A DNA stretch of 63,350 nt, filler included, from Platydemus manokwari (Eukaryota), in the NCBI GenBank assembly GCA_037951405.1. It is 6 parts of 6 records of this genome, joined end to end, with 100 filler letters (N's around TTAATTAATTAA, not from the genome) between each part and the next. Parts side by side here need not be neighbours in the genome. Positions count along the whole stretch, not along the records: positions 9,185 to 19,447 come from JBBMOY011152326.1; positions 19,548 to 31,412 come from JBBMOY010425555.1; 4 more parts are not named here. One strand, given 5' to 3'. The notes beneath the pieces are model-generated. The model did no database searches. It was not told the origin of the DNA and was given only the letters and a program-made list of their open reading frames with translations. Each line of letters starts with the position of its first letter. The stretch's first letter is position 1. The position numbers were made by a program, and so were the translations under genes. Shown here in pieces: positions 13,445-27,268 of the stretch.

Positions 13445-14656
13445 TTATTCGTATTTAGAAAGTGCAAAACCCAGAGCCCAACTTATATTAACGTTTTTTA
13501 ACTTGTCTGAAACGGTAATTTTATCCGCCCATTTGAATCCATAACCATTAGTAAGAAGCGCTACCATGTAACTCGAATCCAAACATTGGAATTTTTTATG
13601 CCCTTTGTTTTTATTGGAAGGATTTCGACATATTTCCATGGAACTATCAACGATTTTTTCGATGTTTGTCTTATAAATATTATTTTTGTCATCGGTCAAA
13701 TTTTTTAAATAACCATGGATACCACTAATGACATAATAATAACTTGACATGCCATAAAACTCCATCTTTTTGAAAAAAGATCTAACATGTACAGTGCGGT
13801 AACTGTACAACAATCCAGTGTAATAACAGTTAATAAATCGGGTTTGCCAATTATTTGGATATCCCTGAAAACCTACAGATCCTGTTCCAAACTTCACAGA
13901 ACTTTTAACCTTTGGATGGACACATTCAGTAAACTTGGTACTACCTTTACATTTTTTCTTGTAACAATTGTAGGCATCAAGATATTTAATTCGTGTTATT
14001 TGCATACCCATATTATTGTAACCAGCCACATAAATACTATATTGTTTGTCAAATAATGAAAATTCTTCTGTGTTATTCGGTATTTTTTCAACAGTTTCAA
14101 ACGCAATTTGAGTAGAACCCCCACCGAGATCGAGGATTCCCACTGATTCCGTATAATTCAATTTATTTACCAAGTAATTAACAGTTATCCACGCATACTT
14201 TGCTTCTTCTTTTAGGTCTAAAATTCCATAATTTTCCGGTTTGAAATTGTACGCCGAACTTGCAAAGGCAGTTTTTATTTTCTCATTCATATCATTCCGC
14301 AAATCTTCATCCAATGCTCGAATTCCTGCAGTGACTTGGACATAAAATTTTACTGAATTTTTACAATTTTCTGGAATGTGTTCTGTCAGATTTCCATCTA
14401 TTTCTTTGACAATATTATTTAACATTTCTACTTTATTTTTTTTATTTGCCAGTGAAGAAAAAGAAGGTTTGATGACGTGATCTCTCGAAAAATTCAGTTT
14501 TGGAAGGGGCTCCTGGTCAATAAATTTGAATATATTTAGTTTGCTTGATGTACTACCGCCATCAACAACGACAATATATTTATAAAGACACTCTTCATCG
14601 GGCGTCTCTGTCACATACGATGAAACCAGTAGAATCAAAATCAAAATCGTTTTCAT
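13445..14656 (-). CDS. Secreted apyrase / NTPDase (GDA1/CD39 family, ENTPD5/6-like), intronless, 403 aa
   Basis: Signal peptide MKTILILILLVSSYV. All five apyrase conserved regions present: VVVDGGSTSSK, VTAGIR, EEAKYAWITVNYL, GILDLGGGSTQIAF, SWALGFAL. No C-terminal TM. Confidence 0.93.
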   Translation of the reverse strand: MKTILILILLVSSYVTETPDEECLYKYIVVVDGGSTSSKLNIFKFIDQEPLPKLNFSRDHVIKPSFSSLANKKNKVEMLNNIVKEIDGNLTEHIPENCKNSVKFYVQVTAGIRALDEDLRNDMNEKIKTAFASSAYNFKPENYGILDLKEEAKYAWITVNYLVNKLNYTESVGILDLGGGSTQIAFETVEKIPNNTEEFSLFDKQYSIYVAGYNNMGMQITRIKYLDAYNCYKKKCKGSTKFTECVHPKVKSSVKFGTGSVGFQGYPNNWQTRFINCYYTGLLYSYRTVHVRSFFKKMEFYGMSSYYYVISGIHGYLKNLTDDKNNIYKTNIEKIVDSSMEICRNPSNKNKGHKKFQCLDSSYMVALLTNGYGFKWADKITVSDKLKNVNISWALGFALSKYE

Positions 14657-15469
14657 TGCAAAATATTCTCAAACAAATTTCAACTTTTTTTATAGTGTCA
14701 CTGTCAGCTCAATAATTAATATTCTACATTTGTCGTCAGATTTTTAGTCGTGGATTTGTCCTGAAGCAATTACATGTTTCTGACGGATTGTCCGAATAAT
14801 GAATTCGTAATGTTACGATTTTTCCCATGAAAAATTTACATTTTATTTCTCTGAATCTCATTAATTTTTGCATATTATTGTACATTATTGATAAAATCTG
14901 GAATTCACTAACGATATAATCGATAGAGATTTGATAATTTATCGATAAACATAGAAAAATTCGAAAGAATATTTCAATACTTGACATACTGCTGATATCA
15001 AAATTCCGGAATTATAGTTTGATGTTATGAAAAATGACAGTTGAATCCTGTTTAATCTTGTAGCGACAGTTACTATGGATACGAATTTGATTTCTTTTGT
15101 AGGTGTTCTATGAAAGATTTAAACTGCACATTTATGGAACGCCATTAATATTAAACCCAGACCTAATTTGGTTGAAACATTGGAAAACATGAAGTCAATG
15201 AGCCAGATGAGCTTATAATTATAAGATCACAATATTAAATCGGTTCATGGATTAGATAAGACAAATTCCAAGCCGGACAAATTGCTTTAAATACCAGCGA
15301 GAGAAGAAAAAATATTAAATGTAAATTCAATACACCTTTTGTTGATGAGGAACATGCATAAAAGATATTTAAATTTCAGAATAAAGATGTTGGCATAAGA
15401 AATATAAAGTGATGAATACGGGAATAATAAGGATATGAAAAGAAATCCAAAATACAATACCCAAAACTT

Positions 15470-16391
15470 TGAGATTGTGGCGACATGAGGCCTAGCATTG
15501 TCATGCTGTTCAATTATCTGTTTCTTATTGGTCCTCTTCGCTTTGATTGCAGTGTTCACTCACTTGAGTTATTCGCAATGAAGTTCGGCATTAATTGTTT
15601 GGTTTCTTGGCAAGATTTTGTAATGAATAACACAAACTTGGCCCCACCAAACGCACAACAAGATTTTGCGTTGGTGAACTTCAGGTTTCGCACGTGGTTG
15701 TGATTGGTTTTGAGGTCTTACCCAAGCTTTTCTGTGTTTCAATTTTACATACAAGCATTATTTCTCATCATCTGTTACAATCTTGGTAAGGAAAAACTGA
15801 TGTTGCTGCACTGAAGATAAATGGCCAGCGAGTAAAAATGCTGAAATCGAAAAACGGTAATTTTTGTGACTTTCTTTGAGAAGGTGAGGTACCAAGCTTT
15901 TGAGCTTTTCCCATTTTCTTGGGATGTCTAGAAACAGTGGTGTGATCACAATCCATGGCTTGTCCAAGCGCTCGTGTTGATTGATGCAGGTAATTATAAA
16001 TCAATTATTTCAATCAGTCTTCACGAAACTCACTATAACGGTCTGGTCAAGGTGCATCGTTTAAATCAAAATTTGCACTGTTAAATTTCGAAAACCATTG
16101 TTGTACTGTTCGTTCATTGACTGCTTGTTGCTCATAAACGCACAAATCATTCTGGTGGCTTCTGTAGCGTTTAAATGTTGATTAAAATAAAAAGGAGTAG
16201 ATGCTTGGAAATGTTCATTTTTATCTACCTGACACTCCATTTTAATGAGGGTAATAAAAGTGAATATTAGTCAAAAATGTTTCAAAAAGATAATTCAGTT
16301 GAACGAATATAACTCAAATCAGTTAAAACAAGAAATTGATGTGTTTTTTTGCCACAAGTATAACCGCACGAACCCAATTCCTAACGAAGTA
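15470..16391 (-). mobile_element. 3'-truncated mariner transposon relic (5' TIR plus frameshifted transposase starting ATG 16240)
   Basis: MECQVDKNEHF..., STRALGQAMDCDHTTV, FLTKIVTDDEK, HQRKILLCVWW, QHDNARPHVA spread over ORFs 15287-16004. TIR-like end TACTTCGTTAGGAATTGGGTTCGTGCGG at 16364-16391. Confidence 0.9.
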
Positions 16392-17469
16392 TTGATAGCT
16401 TATAAATAGTTAAAAAACTTTTATTTATGAAAAATATTATTACACGTTGAGTTCAAATGTCTTTACACCCCATCAAAGTATAATTCATGTTCAAAGAATA
16501 AATCATTTATCAAATATACAATTTTAAATTACATCTTTCTTTGTTTGTTGATCTACGGAAAATTAGAATGTTTAATTTCGAGTATTTTCCATATGATGTG
16601 AATAGTCGATGAAAATTAAAATTTAATTATAAAATAAAATTCGCTGAAATTTCAATCTTTTGCTTTTAACTATGGAGGGAAATATTTATTTCATTTTCAG
16701 GTTTTGTTATTATCTGATTACGATTTTTAATGAATTTCATTGCGGCAGGCCGTTCAAAATAGTCGTCAAACTGAAACAATAAACATTGACGAATATAGTA
16801 AAATTTGCATTTGCAGAAACAAAACTGTGGTAATAAAAATGCAATTAATCGTTTCAACGATAATTCACTCGGTTTCATGAATTAAAACTGGCAATTTTCT
16901 ATGATAATTTTATAGTATTGTTACATTTGTTTAATTTAAACTTTTTGCTGGTTCATTGGAAAAATTATCCATGTCAAAGCAATATTATTAAATTAAATTT
17001 ATTTAAACTTTGTTTTAAATTATCTTTTACTCGATGATTTTCTTGGTGAGTATTTTGAAATTACTCAATTTTAGCTTGAAGTTTTTGTAATTAGAAATGA
17101 GAAAAAAGAGTTAACTAAGACAAGGATTGAAAATTTTCAATTAAAATTTTTTCAGTTCATTTTTACTAACATTTATAATTGTTTATACTCTTAGTTATTC
17201 TTAGTTATGTATTTTAATTTAAATACGATTTTAATTCTTATTTATTTTTTTAAAATTTAAATACAAAACAATTTAAATATTCTTTTTAATACTATTCAAT
17301 TTCTATCTTTCATTATTGTAATTGAAAATCCAATCCAAATTTGAGTGGAAATAAATTTCATAAGAATTTGACATCGTAATGCACAAAAGAGATGAAATCC
17401 TCTTCGTTAATAATTTATTAAACATATGACGCCGATCTATTCGTGTTATATATAATATTGATTGTAGCC

Positions 17470-18062
17470 AAATAAGCAGCATGACAATTATGGGGATATT
17501 TTCCCCTAATCAGCCCATATTGAAACTACTCATTGTTATTTTTGCTGGCTGACAATGTATTTGTCACGGAACCAATGCTTCCATTGATATAGATAATTGA
17601 ATTTTTTGATGTGGAAAACTTGATGGAAAAGTAAATTGTTAAAGCAAAGTCCATTGCCATATTAATTAAAGAATTTCTTTGATTCGATTGAAGATTCTCC
17701 GGATTCATTAGACGAATCTACAAAGTATCAATAAACTCCAATATATTGGGATGTGACTTTGTGTGATATGTAATTCTGTGCTAATTAGATTTGATAATTT
17801 TCTCTATGATTTTTAACTGGCTTTTAAAATAATAATGATTGATTCGTGTTTTGAATTTCATTGGGAGACATCGAGTACGATATAATTGGGAAATATGCAA
17901 AATTATATTTCTGCATCTTCCTATTTTCATATAAAACTACTCTTCGAGAGATTTTTCCTTTATTATGTTCTTTTTAATGGGATATTGCTAGGAATCTGGG
18001 TTAAATTCCTACCGGAACTGCTTGAACATGACGACAGTCATTTATGCACACATCAACACTGT
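17470..18062 (-). pseudogene. Possible decayed leucine-rich-repeat extracellular protein gene
   Basis: QC*CV...SGRNLTQIPSNIP resembles an LRRNT cap, and a PHNCH...LxWL-like segment near 17480 resembles LRRCT. The sequence between is heavily disrupted. Confidence 0.3.
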
Positions 18063-19040
18063 ATTGTTTTTAATAGGTAAAAAATAAAATTCTTGACATT
18101 TAAACAAAATTCAAATCACACATTTTATTTTCATTTTGAAATTAATTTCATTAAAAACGGATTTTAATCCGGAGAAGTTACGATATTTAATCAATAAGTA
18201 ATCTCGGGAAATACCTTTTATACGATTTTTAACAAATATTTTCTATTATCGACGAGGAAAATTATTTAATAAACATATTATTGATAAAGACATGCTCATT
18301 AAGAGATAACCTAACAAGTAAGGTCTTCGTAATCTAATTATATCAATAATAGTAAGATAACAATAAATTTTCACGTCTCTCTATCATAAATAATTCGAGA
18401 AATCACGAATCAATTGCTTCAGACCATTTATCTAATGATATTTTCCCATTCAACCAATTATTATGTTCATTAAGCGCTATGATTAATATCGTTACTTGAT
18501 TACTTGCATATCATAGATGGATTTCAGCTTGAGTTAGGAATATCACCAGTTCAGATTGAAATCATTATAATTGGTTGTCAAATTGATGATTATAAAATGT
18601 ATTATTTTATTGACCAAATTTTAATCCTTTATACTAATAAATTGTAAAATTGATGAAATCTGTAAATGATAGAAATGGGATGTTTTTGTAATTTTAATAT
18701 GAGGTTATTGGTTTGATTTGGTTTTCAATTCCCTTAAGTTTTAACCAAAATTTCGTTTTACGTTGAAATTCATTTATTATAACATTTATTTATTAATATT
18801 AAAATGTAAAAAAAAGATTCCTGATTTATTTTTCGATATTTCTTTTATTGACATTATGTGAAAACAGACTAATTATTGCATAATTATCTGTTATTTCCCA
18901 TAACTGATTGCGCCATTCAGATATTCATTACGAGAAATTAGATATAATTATTTCAAACATATCTTGGAATTAGTTTCACCAGAATTTTTCAGTTTTTTTT
19001 TTAATTTTTTCATATTTTTATAGAAAATATAATGTTTTGA

Positions 19041-19374
19041 ATTTATTAGAAATATTTATTAGAATTTATTAGAAATATTCATTAGAATTTATTAGAAATA
19101 TTTATTAGAATTTATTAGAAATATTTATTAGAATTAATGAGAAATATTTATTAGAATTTATTGAAAATATTTATTAGAATTTATTAGAAATATTTATTAG
19201 AATTAATGAGAAATATTTTTTAAAATTTATGAAAAATATTTATTAGAATTTATTAAAAATATTTATTAGAATTTATTTAAAATATTTATTAGAATTTATT
19301 AGAAATATTTATTAAAATTTTTTAGAAATATTTATTAGAATTTATTTAAAATATTTATTAGAATTTATTTAAAA
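19041..19374. repeat. AT-rich minisatellite, 23-bp unit ATTTATTAGAAATATTTATTAGA (~14 copies)
   Basis: Tandem units read directly; each unit is a 13+10 bp dimer of TTTATTAGAA. Confidence 0.92.
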
Positions 19375-19447
19375 TACCAGGTTGAGTCAAAAGTTATTCA
19401 TGTTTTTATGCAGGTATTTTATTAACACAAATTGTTATAACGCTGAA

Positions 19448-19547
19448 NNNNNNNNNNNNNNNNNNNNNNNNNNNNNNNNNNNNNNNNNNNNTTAATTAAT
19501 TAANNNNNNNNNNNNNNNNNNNNNNNNNNNNNNNNNNNNNNNNNNNN
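19448..19547. other. Artificial contig-joining spacer
   Basis: N44-TTAATTAATTAA-N44. Confidence 0.98.
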
Positions 19548-19805
19548 CAAACATACATGAAATGGAAGTTATTGGACATAAAATTATCAGAAATACTTTG
19601 ATTTTGAATACCAATTTTTCCATAATTTATGTTATATTAATTTCTTAAGACAAAAAGTAATATTATATTATTACATTTTTGAGTTAAATTGTGGAAAATC
19701 TTTGACCCATTTCGGCGCATTAAAAAGAATTTTAAGTTGATAAATTAAAATTAAATATCGAATTTTTGTTTTATTTTACAATATATATGTCGCTATTTTA
19801 ATTTA

Positions 19806-22800
19806 ATGACTGAAAATAAAGTTAATAACTCCGATAAAATTTTAAAGGCCGAAGAAAGAATAAAAACAAATCCCTGGGACACAGAAGCTTGGAATGTATT
19901 GTTAAGAGATGCTCAGGTAAATTCTTGTTATTATTTTCGTTTTTTTAGTATAATTTATAAAATTGAAAATTTTAGAGCAAACCTATCGAAGAAAGCCGAC
20001 CTGTTTTTGAGAGATTAGTTCACCAGTTTCCCTTGGCAGGTCAGTATGTTAAAAGCTATATTTTACAAGAGGTAAAATATTGTTATATATTTTATTTTAT
20101 GATTGTTAATTAGAAAAGAGCTAGATCATTTGAAAATGTAGAAAAATTATTTAAAGAATATTTACCCCGCATTTATCATATTGATTTGTGGAAATTTTAT
20201 TTATCATATATTAAAGAAAAAGACAACAAAACACCTAGTTTTAAGTATAATATTTTCTTAAAAAATAATTTTTTTTACGATTTTTCATTTTAAGAGAAAA
20301 GATGGCCCAGGCTTATGATTATGCTTTAGAAAGAATGGGTCTAGATCCAAAATCCTCCCAAATTTGGTCTGATTACATTAACTTTTTGAAATCTACGTCT
20401 GTATTTTTTATTTTTCTTTGTTATTGTTATTTGATGGTTTTAGTCAGGTTAAAAGCCAATATGCTGAAAGTCAAAAAACGATAGCAACCAGACGCATTTA
20501 CCATCGAGCTATTGTCACGCCCATGAATGGTATTGAGAATATTTGGCGTGATTATAATGCTTTTGAAACTTCAATTAATAATTTAATCGCTAAAAAGTTC
20601 ATCGAAGAACGGAGCAAAGATTACATGAATGCTCGACGAGTAGCTAAAGAATACGAAGCAATCACTAAGGGATTGAATCGCAATATTCCATCTGTCCCAC
20701 CACAGAATACTGTTGAGGAGATTAAACAAGTCGAATTATGGAAAAAGTATATCCAATGGGAGAAGGACAACCCTTTAAAAACTGAAGATTTAATCACGGT
20801 CACTAAAAGAAGTTCGTTTTATATATAGAAATGTGAAAATTTGATTTAGCAAGTGATAAACTTTAGCTCTTTTTGCCTATGAACAATGTTTACTATGTTT
20901 GGGTCATCATCCTGATATTTGGTATGAAGCAGCAACATATTTGGAACACGCCAGCAAACTTTTGGCAGAAAAGGGGGTAAGTTTGGAATACATTTATAAA
21001 TGTCAATACAATATTTTACACTTGGAATTTGTTTTTATTGTGCCTTGTAAATGTTCCATATTAAATGTGTTTTTTCGTGTTTTCCATTTAATTAACACAA
21101 TTTCCAGCATGTTTAAAAATGAAACCATATTTTAAACAATCTTTGATTTGATTGGTTGACTAGTTTATTAGTCTTCACTGTGATTGGTTGAAAATTTATT
21201 ATAGAAATTATTTGACCTTGATTTTAAATGCTTGTTCAAAAGTATGTCATAAAATGATTATCGAATTTTTCAAGAATATCTAATATTTCCGCATTTGAAG
21301 CTTTTTATTCAACACACTTTCCCATTTTAAATTAATTTACCACAAATATTCGTTAAACATATTTTGCTATAAATTTTGCCTTTCAATATTTAATTCGGAT
21401 AAAATATGTTGTGGCAGTATATATTTTTCAAAATATATTGATTTGGGTTTCGTTGTTATGAATTTTTTAAGTGTGTATTACTGTATGATATGGATTGTTG
21501 ATGTGGTAGCGGGTCTTGATCAATTCCTTATATTTATGGAAGATCACAGCTGGAAAGCATTAAATCTCCAACAATTTCTGACATTTTCTCCATTTTTATT
21601 CCTCTTTATTGCTCTAATATGTTTTTATTTCCATCTTTACCAGGACCAAGAAAACGCTAAGAAATTCGCTGATAAAGTTGCTGAAATGTATCAACGAGCC
21701 ACAACAATTCTTATGGAAAATCTTCTCTTGCATTTTGCTTATGCGGATTATGAAGAAGTTCGCAATATTTTTTTCCATTTTTTATTAACAATCTATTTTT
21801 TTATTTCTGCAGAGTCGAAGCAAATTTGATAAAGTTGAAGCAATTTATACAAAATTAATTTCTTATCAACATATTGATTTGACCTTGGTAAGAATGAATT
21901 TGATTGGATGGAATTTTCATTGATAATCTCTTGGAATTAATTGGCATAGGTTTTCATTCAATATTCTCGTTTTATCAGACGTTCTAAAGGAATCGTTGCT
22001 GCTCGTGAAGTATTCAAACAAGCACGTGCAAATCCCCAAACATCATATCAAGTCTACATTAATGCTGCTATGATGGAACATTATTGCACAAAAGTCAGCT
22101 GATGGAAATTTGTTTTTGACATCCAATGTTTAATCGAATGCAACTAATTTCAGGATCCGAAAGTCGCTCAGAAAATTTTCGAACTCGGTCTCAAGAAATA
22201 CATGAAAGTTCCTGAATTCGTATTAGCTTATGTCGATTACATGAACCATCTCAATGAGGATAACAATACACGTGTTCTGTTTGAACGAGCCCTTGGCAGT
22301 GGATATATGCCACCAGAGAAGAGTCGAATTATCTGGGATAAATTCTTACAATTCGAATCCCATGTCGGTGATTTGGCCAGTATTTTGAAAGTCGAACGTC
22401 GACGTCTTCAGGCGCTTGAAGGTTTGAAAGAATTTCAAAGCCACGAAACCGCTTTGTTGATAGATCGATATAAATTCATGGAATTATTTCCCTGCTCAGA
22501 TTCTGAACTGAAATCGATTGGTTATCGTGATATTTCTCGACAAATGTCATCATCTCAGATCGTCACATCTGTGCCGGAACTATCCAGCCAGGATAATACC
22601 AATGATGCACCCAGTTATCCACGACCCGATTACAATCAAATGCTTCCATTCAAGCCCAAAGCCTATCCGAGAACGGGTTCTCATCCAGTGCCTGGTGGTG
22701 AATTCCCACCTCCTCCTGCCGCTTCAGCATTGTTACGTCTATTGCCACCACCTGATTGTTTTAATGGACCATTCGTACATGTTGCAAAATTCATGGAACA

Positions 22801-23095
22801 TTTCCTAGAATTGAAGATTCCAGAAGAATATGCTAATCCACCTGTTGATGAGAACATGATAATCGATAGTGGCACCGCATTATCGATTGAAATGGCTGCC
22901 AATGCTCAATTGATGCGTAAACGGCGACGAATCAGTAATGCGGCTGACAATAGGGATTCTGATGATGAGATGGAGAACAAGGTGTCAACAACCACTGGTG
23001 GCATCCCAACCATTCCATCGGCAGGTGGGTACATGGTGGACGTGTACAAGTTCAGACAACAGAAAATTCAGCGCACCAAATTGTCTGATGTTTGA
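19806..23095 (+). CDS. CSTF3: Cleavage stimulation factor 77 kDa subunit (CstF-77 / suppressor of forked), complete multi-exon gene
   Basis: HAT-repeat sequences ([70 protein letters not shown]) and a Pro-rich C-terminus ([36 protein letters not shown]). GT-AG introns, e.g. 19917-19975 and a long one at 20977-21643. Confidence 0.96.
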
Positions 23096-23131
23096 TGTGT
23101 TGTGATTGTTGTGATCATTGTTAAATATTTT

Positions 23132-23137
23132 AATAAA
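23132..23137 (+). promoter_or_regulatory. Polyadenylation signal AATAAA of CstF-77 gene
   Basis: AATAAA about 37 nt after the stop codon. Confidence 0.55.
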
Positions 23138-24968
23138 TTTTTACACCGATTTTATTTCAATCGATATCTGTCTGGTGTGATCTTATTGGTTGAGACGGTG
23201 AGATATTTTGATTGTTTTTATCCAATCAATAACGAGTATGTACGGTTAATGTTGAATTGTGATATCAAATAAGACAAATATTGTTGTAAAATTTAGAAAA
23301 AATATTTTTGTGTAACAGGGAGTTATAATCATTTAGATGTGTTATTCGTTTCTTATTATTCTCGTTTAATAAGAATATATTTGTACTCAGTAGTCTGACA
23401 ACAACGATAAATTAATTCGACATGTCGTTGGTTTGATAACATATTACACTACTTTGAGACGATTTGATTCTTAATGGACTATCTCAACATGATTCAAATG
23501 TTGCCGGTGGTTTATGGCAATGCTTTCAGTAGAGTTGGGTATTCTGTTGATTATATAACTATTATAGATTTTGGTAATAATTTGTTTATATTCTTCAGGT
23601 GATTACCAAGTTGGTGGTTACTCTTGTTTCTAAATGGTTTTTGGCATTCGAATTATTTGATCTTTTGATTTTTCATTCATTTATTTATCCTTTGTATTGC
23701 TGTTATTTAAAAGGTGTTCACTTATTTTATAAAACTAATTTTACAATTATTTTTCATTAAAAGTTCAGAAACTTACTATAAAATTGCGCATTTACATCTT
23801 AACTATAAAATAGATATTACAGAATAATACTAGAAACTGATATTGTCAATCCAAAAACATGAATAATAAAGAATATTTATTATTAAAAACAGCATAGTAA
23901 CAACACACACTGTTTTTGCACACAGTTGCTCAGTGTCATTATCGATTTTCAATTGATTATTGCTCGAGATCCCAGCATGATTATGAAAAATCTCGTTTTA
24001 ATATCTATTATCTTACTCGAATAATGACACTCAATAAAAACATATCATTATAATATAGTGAATGTCTTACGATACGATTTTATTTATATTTACTCAATGA
24101 GTGTTTAATGGCACCACAAAAATTGTAAGTTTTTTATTAAAAGATCTGTGAGAAGATTTTTAAAAAATGATGTAGTTTTAGCTATACTTAAAGGTTAGGT
24201 CAATGTAGTTTTAAAATTGAAATTTATCCTATATTTAACAAACCATAAACAATTTAGCCATGTACAGAATACGATTCAACAACAATTTCAATCAAGTTCG
24301 CTTACCATTGGTCCAATTTTCAAGGTCATCATTGAATATCAGATTGTGAAATTGTGATTCAACAAACAAAATCCCAATAGTAAATTCAATTCGCAAAATT
24401 AATCTACTGCACCCTACGAATTTTACATGGATTGATCTGGTTATCAATTGTTTAAATTTTAACGAATTTTTCACTATAAGCCCTAGCACTATTCTCCGGA
24501 ATCAATTTTTCAAATTATAATTCACAAATCAATTTCAACTTCAAATTATTATCTATGGAATTTATCGATTTATCAAGGTTAAGGGAGTGGCAGATTCTCA
24601 CTGTCTATCAGTCTCAACAATAACGTTAAAACGTTAAAATTCATACTTAACTTGAACTTTGTTTTCACTACCACCACTACCATAACAATGAACGACTTAT
24701 TACAATGAAATGATCTTTTCAATCAAAAATGAACAAGTTGGTTTTAAATACCATATTTTTTTGATAAAAATAGCAAAATCAACACGATAATAAAAATGAT
24801 AAAGATGATGCAATTTTCTGGATCGTTTCTGATTTTATAAGAGACTTCCGCCTTATTGAACAAAATCAATTCTAGCTTAGCTCTATAAAGATATAAGGAC
24901 TGGCTATCGGTATTGAATATGAATTTATATAATTGTTGAGTCTATCTCATGTAGATCACAACAATATT

Positions 24969-25571
24969 CGTTACTTATTAATTTGACTCCAAAAGATAAA
25001 TGAGTTAATCACAAAGATTTATTTATTATTACACTGTTCAAGATTAATTCACAAAGGCCGAGCCCTTTAATAAATTCGTCAGTAAAATCGAACAGGTCTT
25101 GACACAAAATTGAAAATACTGGCCAAGAATCTACTCCTGATCTTACTACTGCGCTCGTAAATACTATTACAACACCAACAAATATTACTTACATTCGCAA
25201 ATACTTCTATCACTTTCGTCTTTGGACTCTAAACACTCTAATTTACCGATATTCGAAAACACTCCCCACGAACACCTTAACAATTGATAACAATAAATTA
25301 AAATAACATGTATTTAACTGTAAAGTTTTTTTTTTCTGAAATTCGCTTCTTAGTTCATGGGTTCTCTTAATTTTCTTCAAAAATTCCTCATATATAATTT
25401 TCTCTTATTGTTAATGAAAGCAATCAGGCTATCTTATCTGATCATGAATTTTCACAAACGGTAATCTTGATCAGACTGTTTCCATATTTATACTCGTTTA
25501 CTTGTAGCACTGTGCAGTAAACCAATCAATTTTCGAATGACGAATTCCAACTGGAATGCCCGAACGTAACA
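24969..25571 (-). mobile_element. Possible solo LTR
   Basis: Bounded by (C)GTTAC...GTAACA, one mismatch from TGTTAC...GTAACA. Contains minus-strand TATA-like and AATAAA signals. No clean TSD. Confidence 0.3.
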
Positions 25572-26594
25572 TAATATAATTTTAGTTAAATGAGCCATTT
25601 TTAAAAAAATAATTGTTAAATTTCTAGACCCGGAGTCTTGTCCGACACAATGCAAAAATCAATATTCGTTTTTACTTCAAATAGTTGTGGGAAAATCAGT
25701 ATTATCAATAACTTTAAGTACTTTAAGAGAAAACTAATTTGGATATTTGAAAGCACTTTCCCATCATATAAGCTATAGTAAAAGGTTGCATACCATTGGA
25801 GAAAGTTGAAAGAAATTTATTTTACGTAATTTAATAACTATTTGTGGAATATGTGGCAAAATCCATCAAAAATATCTAATGAAACCATGGGAACAACCTT
25901 CAAAAACTCGGCACTATCGACAGTAGCCGATAATTAATATCTGATTGGATTTTTATTTTGAATGAAATAAGAGATTGAAAGAAATTTGTCAACAGGTTTG
26001 TTTTCGAATGGTTCTAACAAATGAAAACCAAAGCTGGGAGACAACATACACAGCAATGCTGTAAAATAGTCGACTATCGAGGACAACTTCCAGTTTCTAT
26101 TCTATTTTTGGACATAGTGTGACTTATATACTCAAATTATTTTTTACGTTTTAATAATTTTCCTGTTTTTAGAATATTGAATGAATGCATATATTAGTGT
26201 TAATTGGATAGCATTCGTTAATATTTTAGAATAAATTGATAAAGTTACCAAGAATCAGATATAATCTGAATAAATAAAGTCAATTATAAGTTAATAAATA
26301 AGTAAAAGTAAGTTTATAATGACCATTCTACACAACAATTAATTATTTGTGTATTTTTACGGAATTCGGTTTAATTTAGCGTATCAGCGAGTTTTTAGAT
26401 AGAATGAGACTCGAATATGTAAAGAAAACATTTATTGGGTTCAATGTAAATGATCAAAGATTGCTGTACTAATTTAAAATGTAAAAAAAATTAATTTAAT
26501 CTTGAAAAATTTCGAAATTATTAGAAAAATAAACAAAAGCATTAAAAAATATTTAAAATATCTAATTTAAGATGCATCTTTCAGTTAGATAAAA

Positions 26595-27268
26595 GACACA
26601 AGATGAAACAAGTATTTCTAAAGCCATCATCGATAAATGGATCTATAGGTATAGTGCTCCAAAATCAATGCTCACTGATCGGGATAGAGTCTTCGAAGGA
26701 AGGGAAATGAAAGAATTAGCAACACGATTTGGAATAAAACAAGAATTTACCTCCCCATACCAACATCAGGCAAATGGCTTAGCTGAAAGGATGATTAGGA
26801 CGGTCAGAGACATGGTGATAACAACGATGGCATCAGAGAAACATGCTTGGAATAAATTAATACCGCGGATAGAATTCATCATCAATGCAACATATCAAGG
26901 TTCAATTCAACATTCTCCTTTTGAAATATTGTTTGGACGAAGAATTAATATGCATGGATTAAGACTAAATGAACCAAGCCATCACGACCAGATCATCAAA
27001 GAATAGGAAAATCAGCTAAGATTAGTAGCCACAAACCTAAAGAAATTCGATACTGAGAAAAGAGGTTGTAGAATTTTCACATTTGGAGAAGAAGTTTTAG
27101 TGAAGAAAGAACCACATAAGATAAAGAAGAACAGAGATCGTTATGAAGGTTCACACAAAATTTTAAATTTTGAAGTCCTCATCAAGTTCTTCTTGATTTC
27201 CAGGGACAGCCAAAACCTCGAACAATTGAATGGCTAAAGAGGATCTCAAAAACAACGGGAGAGGGAAG
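26595..27268 (+). mobile_element. Ty3/Gypsy LTR retrotransposon integrase fragment ending at a polypurine tract
   Basis: APKSMLTDRDRVF...TSPYQHQANGLAERMIRTV...INATYQGSIQHSPFEILFGR (rve core), a degenerate GPY/F-like RYEGSHKI, then PPT GGGAGAGGGAAG. Confidence 0.9.

Noticed and set aside
19041-19374. CRISPR-like array
   Set aside because: Head-to-tail tandem units with no unique spacers, no cas genes, and eukaryotic context.
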